Shown here one piece after another: positions 39,566 through 50,037 of a DNA stretch of 64,000 nucleotides; position 1 is the stretch's first letter; the number at the start of each line of letters is the position of its first letter. Origin of the DNA: an uncultured Ruminococcus sp. (GTDB lineage Bacteria > Bacillota > Clostridia > Oscillospirales > Ruminococcaceae); contig UQKC01000001.1 of assembly GCA_900541495.1 (NCBI GenBank), forward strand, positions 39,178-103,177, read 5' to 3'. The translations under genes and the position numbers were made by a program. A model generated the notes under the pieces. That model was not told the DNA's origin. It saw only the letters and a program-made list of their open reading frames with translations, and did not search any database.

Positions 39566-41833
39566 ATGGCAAATCACTACGCTGATGAAAATCAGGAAAT
39601 TATCTCCGACCAGGAAGATACTTCTGCAAACACATCTCACAATAAAAAATCTAATAAACGCAAAAAGACAAGATCAAAGAAAAAAATGCATCCTGTCAAA
39701 AAGTTCTTTGCAATAATTGGTACTACCCTGCTTTCACTCTTTCTTATAGTTGTTATTTCAGGATCTATTATTGCTGCAGCACTGACAGTTTATGTTCTCC
39801 AGTTTGCCGATCAGGATGCTGTTGATATTTCGCTGTCTGACCTTGACCTTGATTATACTACTTTTATATACGGCTATGATGAGAATGAATCTCTTGTTGA
39901 ATTAAAAAGTATAAGCAGAAACGCTGACCGAATCCCTGTTACGATCGACCAAATTCCTCAGCACGTCCAAGATGCATTTGTTTACATTGAAGATGAAAGA
40001 TTTTATGAGCACTATGGCGTTGACTGGAAACGTACTTTTACAGCATTTATAAACGAAATTCTTCACATGTGGGGTCGTCAGGGTGCTTCCACGATCACCC
40101 AGCAGCTTGTAAAAAACGTTACGGGCGATGCTGATGTTAAATGGGACAGAAAGATCCGTGAAATATTCCGTGCAGCAACACTTGAAAAATACTGTCCCAA
40201 GACGGATATTCTTGAAGCATACCTTAATTATATCGGTTTTGGCGGAAGTACATCGGGTATTCAGGCTGCTTCGCTCAAATACTTTGGAAAAGATGTATCT
40301 GAACTTACTATTGCCGAAGGTGCGTGTCTTGCAGGTATCCCTAAAAACCCCGAGGTAAATAATCCGTTCGCTGTTACGGTCAATGCAGACGGAGAAACGG
40401 TTTACGGCAAAGATCTCTGCCTCGAACGTCAAAAGCTTGTTCTTGCTGCGATGTACAAAAATGCAGTTATTTCAAAACGCCAATACGAAGAAGCATTGAA
40501 TGAGAAAATCGAGTTTGTTGACCCTAACGCAAAATACGAAAACGGTGAAAATAAAGTTCAGAACTGGTTTGTCGATATGGTTATCCGTGATGTTATTCTT
40601 GATTTTGAGGATCTTTACGGAATCGATTATGACGAAGCGAGCGATAAGCTCTACAACGGTGGATATGAGATCTACACGACTGTTGACATTAAAATGCAGG
40701 ACGAACTTGAGGCAAAATTCCAAGACTATACCAACTTCTCTCAGAATGTCCTTGTTGACCCTCCACAGGCAGCTTTCATTTGTATGGACTATCAGGGAAA
40801 TATCAAGGCAGTTGTCGGTGGAATCGGCGCAAAATCGGGTTCAAACATCTCTAACAGAGCAACAAGAGCTACCCGTTCTCCGGGTTCATGTATAAAGCCT
40901 ATAACTTCGTACGGCTATGCAATTGAGAACGACCTGATAACATGGTCATCGATCTTCACCAACAAACCTGTTACTGAAATTCTTGATGAGCAAACAGGTC
41001 AAAAACGTTCATGGCCTTATAACTATAACTCCAAAACCTATGATTATGCAGGATACTTTACGTTCCAGGCACTTCAGCGTTCACTCAACACCGTTCCTGC
41101 ACAGCTTATACAAATGGAAACACCGCAGGCTGTATTCGATTTTCTTCAGAATAAATTCCAGATCACTACACTGACCGCCAGCGACGCTGACCTTGCACCG
41201 TTGTCAGTCGGCGCGCTCACAAACGGTCTTACCCTTAAAGAGCTTGTTGCCGCATATCAGGTATTCGGAAACGGTGGTAAATACTATAAGCCGACATCAT
41301 ACACCCAGGTACTTGATTCAAACGGCAAGGTAATTCTTCAGCACAAATACACTCCAATTCAGGCAATAAGCAAGGAATCAGCCTATGTAATGAACAAGCT
41401 TATGCAAACAGTTATTGAAGGTCCTAACGGTACAGGTAGAGCTGCGAAGCTTGCAAATACGCCGCTTATCGGTAAAACAGGTACTTCGCAGGATTGGAAA
41501 GACCTTTCTTTCGTAGGTTGTACCCCTGACTACGTCAGCGGTATATGGTATGGTTATGATATTCCTAAAGAGATACCAACAGGCACTTACTACAGCTCAT
41601 CAACTGTTTGGAAAAATGTATTCGGAGATATCGCCGATGCGGGTCCAACCAAATCATTCCCCGAATGCAGCGATGTACAGGAGCTTTATTACTGTACAAA
41701 GACAGGCAAACTTGCCAGTGGAACCTGCCCGACTTCAAGTGTAGGCTATTATAAGAGTACAAATATTCCGGAAATGTGTTCAGGACATCACGACGAAGAC
41801 AAAAAAGAAGATAAAAAAAGCAACAACGACTGA
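39566..41833 (+). CDS. class A penicillin-binding protein (transglycosylase/transpeptidase, PBP1A family)
   Basis: N-terminal TM, GT51 motifs (EDERFYEH, GASTITQQ), transpeptidase SxxK region; start at ATG 39566 after AAAGGA. Confidence 0.85.
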   Translation: MANHYADENQEIISDQEDTSANTSHNKKSNKRKKTRSKKKMHPVKKFFAIIGTTLLSLFLIVVISGSIIAAALTVYVLQFADQDAVDISLSDLDLDYTTFIYGYDENESLVELKSISRNADRIPVTIDQIPQHVQDAFVYIEDERFYEHYGVDWKRTFTAFINEILHMWGRQGASTITQQLVKNVTGDADVKWDRKIREIFRAATLEKYCPKTDILEAYLNYIGFGGSTSGIQAASLKYFGKDVSELTIAEGACLAGIPKNPEVNNPFAVTVNADGETVYGKDLCLERQKLVLAAMYKNAVISKRQYEEALNEKIEFVDPNAKYENGENKVQNWFVDMVIRDVILDFEDLYGIDYDEASDKLYNGGYEIYTTVDIKMQDELEAKFQDYTNFSQNVLVDPPQAAFICMDYQGNIKAVVGGIGAKSGSNISNRATRATRSPGSCIKPITSYGYAIENDLITWSSIFTNKPVTEILDEQTGQKRSWPYNYNSKTYDYAGYFTFQALQRSLNTVPAQLIQMETPQAVFDFLQNKFQITTLTASDADLAPLSVGALTNGLTLKELVAAYQVFGNGGKYYKPTSYTQVLDSNGKVILQHKYTPIQAISKESAYVMNKLMQTVIEGPNGTGRAAKLANTPLIGKTGTSQDWKDLSFVGCTPDYVSGIWYGYDIPKEIPTGTYYSSSTVWKNVFGDIADAGPTKSFPECSDVQELYYCTKTGKLASGTCPTSSVGYYKSTNIPEMCSGHHDEDKKEDKKSNND

Positions 41834-41885
41834 TGGATTAATGGCAGGATAATTTCTGCCATTAATTTTTGACTGAGGAGTAAAT

Positions 41886-43001
41886 ATGAACGAATTAAAA
41901 CTTGTATGTCCATGCCATTTTGGACTTGAAAGTGTCTTAAAATTTGAAGTTACCAAGATTGGTGGCGAAAACATCAATGTGACCGACGGAAGAGTATCAT
42001 TCACAGGTGATTTTGCTACTCTTGCACGTGCCAATATATGCCTTGCATCGGCAGAAAGAGTTCTTATCGAGCTTGCTTCATTCAAAGCAACTACTTTTGA
42101 GGAGCTTTTCCAGGGCGTAAAAGCAATTCCATTTGAAGATTTCATCGGCAAAGATGATGTTTTCCCCGTAAAAGGCTATTCACTGAATTCTACACTACAC
42201 AGCGTTCCCGACTGCCAGTCTATTATAAAAAAAGCAGTTGTAGAACGTCTGAAAAGCAAATATAATGTAACTTGGTTCAATGAAACGGGAAATACTTATC
42301 AGATACAGTTCAGCATACAGAATGATAATGCTGTTATCTACTTTGATACAACAGGAGCAGGACTTCATAAACGAGGCTACAGACGTAATTCCAATGCTGC
42401 ACCTATTAAGGAAACGCTCGCAGCAGGCATAATCGACCTTTCACACGTCAGAAGTGATTCTATCGTATGTGACCCATTCTGCGGAAGCGGAACTCTTATA
42501 ATCGAAGCGGCATACAAGGCTCTTAACATTGCCCCTGGTCTGAAGCGCCATTTTGCAGCTGAAAAATGGGACATTATCGACCCTAAGATATGGGAAAATG
42601 TTCGTGCAGATGCTCTTGATGCTATCAGAAAAGATACTGATTTTTTTGCATACGGATATGATATTGACCCGGAGGCCGTTGCTCTTACGCAGGAAAACTG
42701 CCGAAAAGCAGGAATACAGAAACGCGTTAAAATTGAGCAGGCGGATATAAGAAGCTATGTAAATGAACCAAACACGATCACAATATGCAATCCTCCATAC
42801 GGTGAAAGAATGCTTGAGATCAAAGAAGCCGAGGGACTTTACAAAATAATGGGACAGCGATTCAAAGCCAACTCCGAAGCTCCTGCCTTTGTTATTGCTC
42901 CGCACGAACAGTTTGAACAGTTCTTCGGAAGGAAGGCCGATAAACGCCGCAAGCTTTATAACGGAATGATAAAATGTCAGCTTTATATGTACTTCAAATA
43001 A
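41886..43001 (+). CDS. THUMP-domain class I SAM-dependent RNA methyltransferase (RlmL/YpsC-like)
   Basis: DPFCGSGT SAM motif and NPPYGER motif IV; N-terminal THUMP-like region. Confidence 0.8.
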   Translation: MNELKLVCPCHFGLESVLKFEVTKIGGENINVTDGRVSFTGDFATLARANICLASAERVLIELASFKATTFEELFQGVKAIPFEDFIGKDDVFPVKGYSLNSTLHSVPDCQSIIKKAVVERLKSKYNVTWFNETGNTYQIQFSIQNDNAVIYFDTTGAGLHKRGYRRNSNAAPIKETLAAGIIDLSHVRSDSIVCDPFCGSGTLIIEAAYKALNIAPGLKRHFAAEKWDIIDPKIWENVRADALDAIRKDTDFFAYGYDIDPEAVALTQENCRKAGIQKRVKIEQADIRSYVNEPNTITICNPPYGERMLEIKEAEGLYKIMGQRFKANSEAPAFVIAPHEQFEQFFGRKADKRRKLYNGMIKCQLYMYFK

Positions 43002-43005
43002 TACA

Positions 43006-43042
43006 AAAGCTCCTGTTACTGATTCGGTAACAGGAGCTTTTA
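43006..43042. terminator. bidirectional terminator (aaagctcctgttac..gtaacaggagcttt)
   Basis: perfect hairpin between convergent genes. Confidence 0.6.
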
Positions 43043-44269
43043 TTACTTTACAAAATATGATTCAAAATCTTCGCCTATTATCTCTGCAATAAGGCTGTCA
43101 TAATCAGCATGATTGGAACCGCTTTCGGTAATTACGGGAATTACCGAAATTTCAGTTCCGCATTGTCCCTTGATGATCTCAAAAGCAGTTTTGAATTTAC
43201 TGCTCGAGTCAAGCTCGCTGAATACTATTTCATTGTTATTGTAAACAACACTTTCGCTAAATTCAGCAGGATCAAAATCAATAAGAAGCGTATATCCGCT
43301 CAACTCACCCGGCTTGAATATCTCAGCTCTGCCATAAATAATATCGGCTGCGTTTGTTCGTATAAATGTTTTAGTATTATGCTCATTTGCAGCAGTCTGA
43401 ACAATATTTGCAAGCTCAATAAGAGCTTTATATCTGTTTGCATCTTTTACAGTATCGCCGAGAAGATTAAGATCGGAATTTCTGAATGTCGGGAATGTCA
43501 ATCCGCTTACAGTAATATAGTCAAAACCTGCCGCCGAAACCTCATTGGCCATATATCTGACCATTTCCTTGGTATCATCATCAAACGGCGAAAGCCACGG
43601 CTTGCCGCCCTTGTCCGCTGCGGTATCAAGCCATGTCGAGCCATCAAGCGCATGATAAGAGCCGTCACGATACTCACCGTATCGATTGTTATCCTCAAGG
43701 ATATTTAATTCAGCAATCATCTTCAATCCGCTGTTCTTTATCAAAGATGCGATCTGCTGAATTGGCATATTTCCTACAACAGCATTTTCATCTGATTTTG
43801 CCATTGTTGAAGCGGTGCTGTAATATATTTTTCCGCCTTTTGCTTTCAAAGTGACCGATACTGCTGTATATCCGTCAGCTTTTACCTGATCGAGCAATGC
43901 AGAAAACTGTGATGGATCACTTAATGCATCTTCGGAAAGCATATATGCAGTCAGTCCGGTTGAATTAATTATTTCATTAGAAGTTACAGTTTCACTCGAC
44001 TCAGCCGTCACCTCTGTGCTGTCCTCGTTTGTGTCCGATGTTTCGGCAACTTCAGAGGTCACAGCGGGCGGTGTCCACGGTTCTTTTACATTATCCGTAT
44101 TTTCATTTTCCTTGTTCAAATAATTCAATATCGGCTTGCCAACGCTGTATCCAACAAAAACAAGTGCCGCTATAACTATCAATCCCAACAGAACACGAAG
44201 CGCCCTTTTGAGCCTTTTCTTTTTTTCATAAGAATTGGTACGATAAACTTTTCTGCCTTTTTTTGACAT
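43043..44269 (-). CDS. hypothetical membrane-anchored extracytoplasmic protein (basic N-terminus, one TM, Thr/Ser/Glu-rich linker, alpha/beta domain)
   Basis: 408 aa; last gene of the rpe-rnfDEA-like operon; possibly a glycoside-hydrolase-like TIM-barrel fold (low confidence). Confidence 0.5.
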   Translation of the reverse strand: MSKKGRKVYRTNSYEKKKRLKRALRVLLGLIVIAALVFVGYSVGKPILNYLNKENENTDNVKEPWTPPAVTSEVAETSDTNEDSTEVTAESSETVTSNEIINSTGLTAYMLSEDALSDPSQFSALLDQVKADGYTAVSVTLKAKGGKIYYSTASTMAKSDENAVVGNMPIQQIASLIKNSGLKMIAELNILEDNNRYGEYRDGSYHALDGSTWLDTAADKGGKPWLSPFDDDTKEMVRYMANEVSAAGFDYITVSGLTFPTFRNSDLNLLGDTVKDANRYKALIELANIVQTAANEHNTKTFIRTNAADIIYGRAEIFKPGELSGYTLLIDFDPAEFSESVVYNNNEIVFSELDSSSKFKTAFEIIKGQCGTEISVIPVITESGSNHADYDSLIAEIIGEDFESYFVK

Positions 44270-44290
44270 TATATCCGTCCTTTCGTATAA

Positions 44291-44896
44291 TTATCTTACT
44301 GTCGTAGATGCAAGTCCGTAAAACGCCATACTTATTATGCCGATATATATCAGCGTCAAAGGATAACCTCGAAAACAGTATGGAACAGACGCATCATGAA
44401 GTCTGTCATAAACAATTGCTGTTATATATATTGCAAACATAAACCCAAGACCTGTGCCAACACCTCTGAAAATATATTCAGACAGCATCGTACAGTTCTG
44501 TGAATTAAGGAACATCGCTCCGAGAATAGCGCAGTTCAGCGCCGAAAGATGTATGAATTTCTTTATTTTCAGGAACTTCTTATTGAAAAATTTCCAAAGA
44601 ATAAGAAGTGTTATAATATAAACAATGCCAAGTATCGCAACATAAACAAACGGCTGATAAATATATGCCTGTTCATTTTTTATATCTGATCCAAGAAGGA
44701 ATTTGTCAGCAAAAAAGCCTAAAAAGCCTGTTACAACAGAGAAATACACAGCACATAAACCAAATCCGAAAATGTTTTTTCTGTTTCGTGAAACGGAAAT
44801 GAGTGTACTTGTGTCAATAGCCCTTGTAAATACCGTATTTTCAACAAAGATCAATACAAGCGATATTGAAATAAGTCTGAATAACTCTGACATCAC
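44291..44896 (-). CDS. RnfA/NqrE-family membrane protein
   Basis: ALNCAILGAMFLN...GVGTGLGF parallels RnfA ITTNCAVLGVALLN...GFGAAVGF. Confidence 0.7.
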   Translation of the reverse strand: MMSELFRLISISLVLIFVENTVFTRAIDTSTLISVSRNRKNIFGFGLCAVYFSVVTGFLGFFADKFLLGSDIKNEQAYIYQPFVYVAILGIVYIITLLILWKFFNKKFLKIKKFIHLSALNCAILGAMFLNSQNCTMLSEYIFRGVGTGLGFMFAIYITAIVYDRLHDASVPYCFRGYPLTLIYIGIISMAFYGLASTTVR

Positions 44897-44910
44897 AAGC
44901 CTACCTCCTT

Positions 44911-45528
44911 TTAATTGCTGACCTTCTTTATCAAAAGTAAAATTCCGCGCAATGCCGCCGCAAATATACCGAGAAGAATAAATCCTCCGAACGGCTGATA
45001 AAATGCTTTGAACAGCATCGGCAGAGTTATCACGTTTCCGTTTATCTCTCCCGTAGATATTATCTCTCTTATCAATCCGAAAATCAATACAACAATATCA
45101 TATCCAATGATGCCCAATATCAGATCAAGCACCATTCTGCTTTTCTTTTCTGTCATAAAAGCCGTATCCGAATGGAAAATGATGAATGAATTTGTTATAA
45201 GAAGAGGAAAATATATCCCCATATTCTGCAACGCCTGCGGAAACAGCGAGGAAATTATTATCGCCGTCGGAACATAAACAAGTGCACCGATCGCAATATA
45301 GACAATTACCCTTACCGTATAAACTAACTTCTGCGGAATAAACGATGACAGAAGCATCGTAAAGAAAGTAATCACAGAAAAAGTGAGCGCAAGTATCGCA
45401 GCATTTTTTAATGTGTTTGCTATAACTATAACGGGCGCGATCGCTGTTCCAAGCACAAGAACAAGATTGTTCCGCACCATGGCATTATATATCACAGAAC
45501 CCAGTGATTCTTTTTTTAGGTTATTCAT
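44911..45528 (-). CDS. RnfE/NqrD-family membrane protein
   Basis: MGIYFPLLITNSFII and GLIREI segments parallel RnfE LGIFIPLIVVNCIIL / GAIREI. Confidence 0.65.
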   Translation of the reverse strand: MNNLKKESLGSVIYNAMVRNNLVLVLGTAIAPVIVIANTLKNAAILALTFSVITFFTMLLSSFIPQKLVYTVRVIVYIAIGALVYVPTAIIISSLFPQALQNMGIYFPLLITNSFIIFHSDTAFMTEKKSRMVLDLILGIIGYDIVVLIFGLIREIISTGEINGNVITLPMLFKAFYQPFGGFILLGIFAAALRGILLLIKKVSN

Positions 45529-46525
45529 TGCTCAGACCGCTTTCATCAGTTTTTTTAGTTTTTTCTGCTGCCGCAGCTCTTTTCTTCTTTGCATCGGAAA
45601 TTATCTTAGCAAAAGAAAGCATCTTTCTGTCCAGTTCAATTCCGAATGGTGCGGCAATTACCACTGCATAAATTATTGGATTTTCCGCTCCTGCATAGAA
45701 TCTGAAAATAAGCGTCAAAAATCCCGTGATAAGTCCGAGAATAAGCCTTGACGACCTTGTCTTCGGCAATGTACGATAATCACACGAGAGAAATATCATT
45801 CCGAATATCATCATACCACTGCAAAGCACGGATAAAGTATATTTCGTGTCAAATCCGCAGTAAATAAGCGTTCCGATAACAACTACAGCGAACTGCGAGC
45901 AAAATGAAATAGCAGATATAGAGCGGCGAAGCATAAGAAAAATCGCCGTAATTATGAACAGAATTATAAATCCTGTACCCATAGGTCCGCAGAATTTACC
46001 GACCAAAAGATCAATTATCGAACTTGAAGCCGCATCATTAGACAAAGCTACACTCTTTGACATTGACTGAAACAATGATGTGTTCAGCAGTTCTTCCGAT
46101 GAAAGACTCAAATGCACAGCAGGACGCGGATAGTTCAGCATCTCCGTTGGGAAGCATATCGAACTGAACAAAAACGACACAGCAGCACCGTTAAATATCT
46201 CGTTTCCCCTGCCGCCGAATGCGTGTTTACAGATAATTATTGCAAACAGATCAGCCGTCACTACCGCATAAAACGGCACAGCGGCAGACATCATCAAAGC
46301 TATCGTCAAACCTGTGACAATAGTTGAGATTTCAGCCTTTACCCTTACCCTGCCTCTTAGTTTATAGCATATCATATCCGTCAGCAAACATACAGCAACA
46401 GAAACAATAATTATCATCGCTGCTCTTATGCCGTAATAATATACCGCAATTACAGCAGGAATAAGCAAAGCTATGAGCATATCTGCCGAGATCAGATTAT
46501 CCGATTTTGAATTTATACGCTCCAT
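45521..46525 (-). CDS. RnfD/NqrB-family membrane protein
   Basis: N-terminal half aligns well to RnfD (ALLIPAVIAVYYYGIRAAMIIIVSVAVCL...KHAFGGRGNEIFNGAAVSFLF); no obvious SGAT flavinylation motif. Confidence 0.75.
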   Translation of the reverse strand: MERINSKSDNLISADMLIALLIPAVIAVYYYGIRAAMIIIVSVAVCLLTDMICYKLRGRVRVKAEISTIVTGLTIALMMSAAVPFYAVVTADLFAIIICKHAFGGRGNEIFNGAAVSFLFSSICFPTEMLNYPRPAVHLSLSSEELLNTSLFQSMSKSVALSNDAASSSIIDLLVGKFCGPMGTGFIILFIITAIFLMLRRSISAISFCSQFAVVVIGTLIYCGFDTKYTLSVLCSGMMIFGMIFLSCDYRTLPKTRSSRLILGLITGFLTLIFRFYAGAENPIIYAVVIAAPFGIELDRKMLSFAKIISDAKKKRAAAAEKTKKTDESGLSNE

Positions 46526-46532
46526 AACAAAG

Positions 46533-47180
46533 TCAATCTCTCAATAATTCAACAGCTTTTTTCATATCCTCCGCACCGAAAAGATATGAACCCGCAACAA
46601 GAATGCTTGCGCCGTTCTCTTTGACCTTGGGAGCTGTCTTATCATTTATTCCGCCGTCAACTTGAATAGGAACAGTCATATTGCGCTTGTCCAATTCACC
46701 TTTAAGTTCTGCTATCTTATCAAGCGTTTCGGTAATGAAGCCTTGTCCGCCGAAACCTGGTTCAACTGTCATAACAAGTATCATATCTATCTTATCCAAA
46801 TAAGGATAAAGTACCGAAACGGGAGTATTCGGCTTAACGGAAACACCTGCTTTTTTACCATAAGAATGAATAAGGTCAATGACCTCTCCGCAGTCCGAGC
46901 CTGCCTCGTAATGGAAAGTAATGATATCAGCGCCCGATTCGGCAAACTGCTTGATATACTTTATAGGATCAACTATCATAAGATGTACATCAAGAACGAT
47001 ATCAGTAACCTTTGAAACGGACTTCAGTACAGGAATACCGTAACTGATATTATTTACAAAAACACCGTCCATAACATCAAAATGTATGTAGTCGCAGCCT
47101 GCCTTTTCCGCACGTTTAATATCACGTTCGAGATTACAGAGATCTGCACTCAAAATTGAAGCTGAAATAATCGTATCCAC
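46533..47180 (-). CDS. rpe: ribulose-phosphate 3-epimerase
   Basis: SILSADL, DVMDGVFV and VDGG motifs; start at GTG 47180 after AAGGAG. Confidence 0.85.
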   Translation of the reverse strand: MDTIISASILSADLCNLERDIKRAEKAGCDYIHFDVMDGVFVNNISYGIPVLKSVSKVTDIVLDVHLMIVDPIKYIKQFAESGADIITFHYEAGSDCGEVIDLIHSYGKKAGVSVKPNTPVSVLYPYLDKIDMILVMTVEPGFGGQGFITETLDKIAELKGELDKRNMTVPIQVDGGINDKTAPKVKENGASILVAGSYLFGAEDMKKAVELLRD

Positions 47181-47457
47181 AATAAATCTCCTTGAAAACA
47201 TAATCATTCATTTAACATTATATATCATTGTCAAAAAAAAATCAAGGTCAAATGCTAAAAATATAAGCATTTGACCTTAATCTATATAAAAACGGCTGCA
47301 AAATCAGTTTTTTATAGCCAAAGCTCCCCTGCGGATATTCTCACATTAAATGAAAATACCACTCTGACCTACCGTATTGCTTATGCCGTATATTTTCATT
47401 CTATGCAGCATAACGCAAAAAGCCACAAGTCAGTTTGTCCGCAGAAAAAGAGTAATA

Positions 47458-48627
47458 TCAGCTGTAAAGAAGCTTTTTCAAGTCAGTATCTCCCGCAAAC
47501 GAAGAAACATTGTATAAAACAAGCGCTTCGTCATAATCCGATACATCAATAATTTTTTTATACGATATCTGAATGTACCGCATATCGATCAGAGTTATCT
47601 CCGAATAGTGATCCGTCAGAAATTGTGAGTAGCAGTGTGCATAGGAATCCTTGATTATAAGAAGTTTTCCGCCCTCATTTCCCGTTTTGATAGTTACAAT
47701 GGGCGCATTTGTTCCAAGGAAAGACGCGTATTTATCCTTTACATCAAGATAATCACGATAGTAGATGCTGTCGCTCACTTCGGGGTCAGAACCGAATACC
47801 TGAGTTACCTCGACCGTCATCGGCTTATCACCGTCAGGATCGTGATAATAGTCCATCGTATCATCCTTGACGCTTGTGTTGAGCGTCTTTGAGTAGAACG
47901 TTCCCTTAAAGCTGTCACTCGCGTGTTCAACATCATAATAGGAAAGTTCGTGCGGAACATAACCCATTTTCTCACCTGCCGCAGCATAAGCATAATATGC
48001 CCCAAGCGATGTCCAGTGGTGATCCGTTCTGTAATAGATATACTCGTTCTTGTGCGAACTTAATACATCATAAACATCTATCCTGGTTATATCATCATCA
48101 AGACCCGAATAAACATAATCAATAAAGCTGCGCTGGTCAAGCTCGGGATAAAAATATGAAAGCTCATCTTTGTAAAATTCAGCCGATGTAGGAACGAGCA
48201 TAGTGTAGACCGGGATATTATTCTCTTTGCTGAATTCGTTTATCGCTGTAATACTCTTGTCAACATCACTGTAATCGGGTTCGCCGACCTTTTCGATTAG
48301 CCTGTCTTTGAGGACATATATACCGCCTATCTCTTTCTTTCCGACAGCAGTTTCAATACCCGATTTCAATTCGAGCCAGCCAACTCTTCCCGAAAAATGA
48401 TCGGCAACATATTTTTCAAGCTTATCTGTATAAGTTCTGTCAAACCACGTTTTGGCAGAGAGTTTTGGCTTTCGTTCGAGCGATTTGTTTTCAAGCTCAG
48501 AGAATGTTTCCTTTGGTTTAAATATCGTTATGAGCGCAAATATTATGAAAAATCCGAAAAATATGATACAGCTTACGATCTCAATAATATGGCTGCTCTT
48601 CTTATCTGACTTTTTTATTGTTCTCAC
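47458..48627 (-). CDS. DHHW family protein (AlgX/AlgJ/PatB-like SGNH-type O-acetyltransferase partner)
   Basis: N-terminal TM and the motif YRTDHHWTSLGAYYAY. Confidence 0.7.
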   Translation of the reverse strand: MRTIKKSDKKSSHIIEIVSCIIFFGFFIIFALITIFKPKETFSELENKSLERKPKLSAKTWFDRTYTDKLEKYVADHFSGRVGWLELKSGIETAVGKKEIGGIYVLKDRLIEKVGEPDYSDVDKSITAINEFSKENNIPVYTMLVPTSAEFYKDELSYFYPELDQRSFIDYVYSGLDDDITRIDVYDVLSSHKNEYIYYRTDHHWTSLGAYYAYAAAGEKMGYVPHELSYYDVEHASDSFKGTFYSKTLNTSVKDDTMDYYHDPDGDKPMTVEVTQVFGSDPEVSDSIYYRDYLDVKDKYASFLGTNAPIVTIKTGNEGGKLLIIKDSYAHCYSQFLTDHYSEITLIDMRYIQISYKKIIDVSDYDEALVLYNVSSFAGDTDLKKLLYS

Positions 48628-48630
48628 CTC

Positions 48631-50034
48631 TTAAAAACGGAAATATAAGAATGGATTATAGCTTGCATCAACAAGATAAGCCGTGCAGTTCACAAGTATA
48701 AGAAGCTGTGCCGCTATCGCTGCAATTTTAAGCTGCATGGGCTTCTGCTGCTGAAGCTTGTCTGTAAATTTTGTAAAAATATCCGTTGATGCAAATATAC
48801 ACAAAGCAAATATTACAGCGTTCGATGCAAGCAGGTAAAGCGCCGTGCTGTCGCCCAATATTCCGTTAGCGCCGAACATTGCACCGATAAAATGCCAAGC
48901 GTCTGTAAGTGTATTCGTATCAAACAATACCCAGCCTAAAACCACTAAAATAAAGGTATAAAGCGTACTTACTGCCTTTGGAAGCTTTGCAAGTATCTTT
49001 CCCCAGCCAAGTCTTTCAATAACAATGAGAACACCAAAGTAGAATCCCCAAAGCATAAAGTTCCAACTTGAACCGTGCCATAAGCCTGTGAGTGACCATA
49101 CAATGAGCAGGTTAATAATAGTCCTTGCCGAACCTTTGCGGTTGCCGCCGAGCGGAATATAAACATACTCTCTGAACCAGCTTCCAAGTGTGATATGCCA
49201 CCTGCGCCAGAATTCGCTTATGCTTCTCGAAAGATACGGGTGATCAAAATTTATCGGGAAATTAAATCCGAGCATTTTTCCAAGTCCGATAGCCATATCG
49301 GAATAACCCGAAAAGTCAAAGTATATCTGGAATGTAAATGCCAAAATTCCAAGCCATGCTGTTGCCGCAGATATCTCGCCATAGTCCATAACCTTTACCT
49401 GCGTCCATACAAGACCGATGTTGTTCGCAAGGAGAACCTTTTTCGCAAGTCCTTTAAGGAACTTGCATATTCCCTCACTTACCTTTGAAATGCTGATAGT
49501 TCGGCAATCGATCTCTCGCGCAACATCTTCATAACGAACGATAGGTCCTGCAACGATCTGCGGGAAAAGCGTAACATAAGCCGCAAAGCTGAAAAAATTC
49601 TTCTGTACCTTGATTTTCTTCATATAAAGATCGATCGTGTAAGACATACTCTGGAACGTATAGAACGAAATACCAATAGGAAGTGGAAGCTGTGGGTCGG
49701 TGATATGCAAACCGAACACGGAATTAATTGTTGTAATTATGAACGAACTGTATTTGAAAACTCCGAGCAAACTCAGGTTCATTATTACTGAAACAAGCAG
49801 GCATACTGTCTGAATGTTTCGCTTGTCATTGAATTTATTAATAAACAAACCTGCCGTATAGTCTATCGCCGTTGAAATAAGCATTATGACCACATATTTC
49901 GGTTCGCCCCATGCATAGAAAAACAATCCCGTAAGGAGAATAAAGATATTTCTGAACTTATCAGGAAGTATGAAATACAAGATCATTGTTATCGGCAAAA
50001 AGTAAAACAAGAATACTAAACTTGAAAAAACCAT
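48631..50034 (-). CDS. MBOAT family membrane-bound O-acyltransferase (AlgI/DltB/PatA-like)
   Basis: 467-aa polytopic protein with MBOAT conserved His region (WHGSSWNF..) and typical N-terminus. Confidence 0.85.
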   Translation of the reverse strand: MVFSSLVFLFYFLPITMILYFILPDKFRNIFILLTGLFFYAWGEPKYVVIMLISTAIDYTAGLFINKFNDKRNIQTVCLLVSVIMNLSLLGVFKYSSFIITTINSVFGLHITDPQLPLPIGISFYTFQSMSYTIDLYMKKIKVQKNFFSFAAYVTLFPQIVAGPIVRYEDVAREIDCRTISISKVSEGICKFLKGLAKKVLLANNIGLVWTQVKVMDYGEISAATAWLGILAFTFQIYFDFSGYSDMAIGLGKMLGFNFPINFDHPYLSRSISEFWRRWHITLGSWFREYVYIPLGGNRKGSARTIINLLIVWSLTGLWHGSSWNFMLWGFYFGVLIVIERLGWGKILAKLPKAVSTLYTFILVVLGWVLFDTNTLTDAWHFIGAMFGANGILGDSTALYLLASNAVIFALCIFASTDIFTKFTDKLQQQKPMQLKIAAIAAQLLILVNCTAYLVDASYNPFLYFRF

Positions 50035-50037
50035 ATT

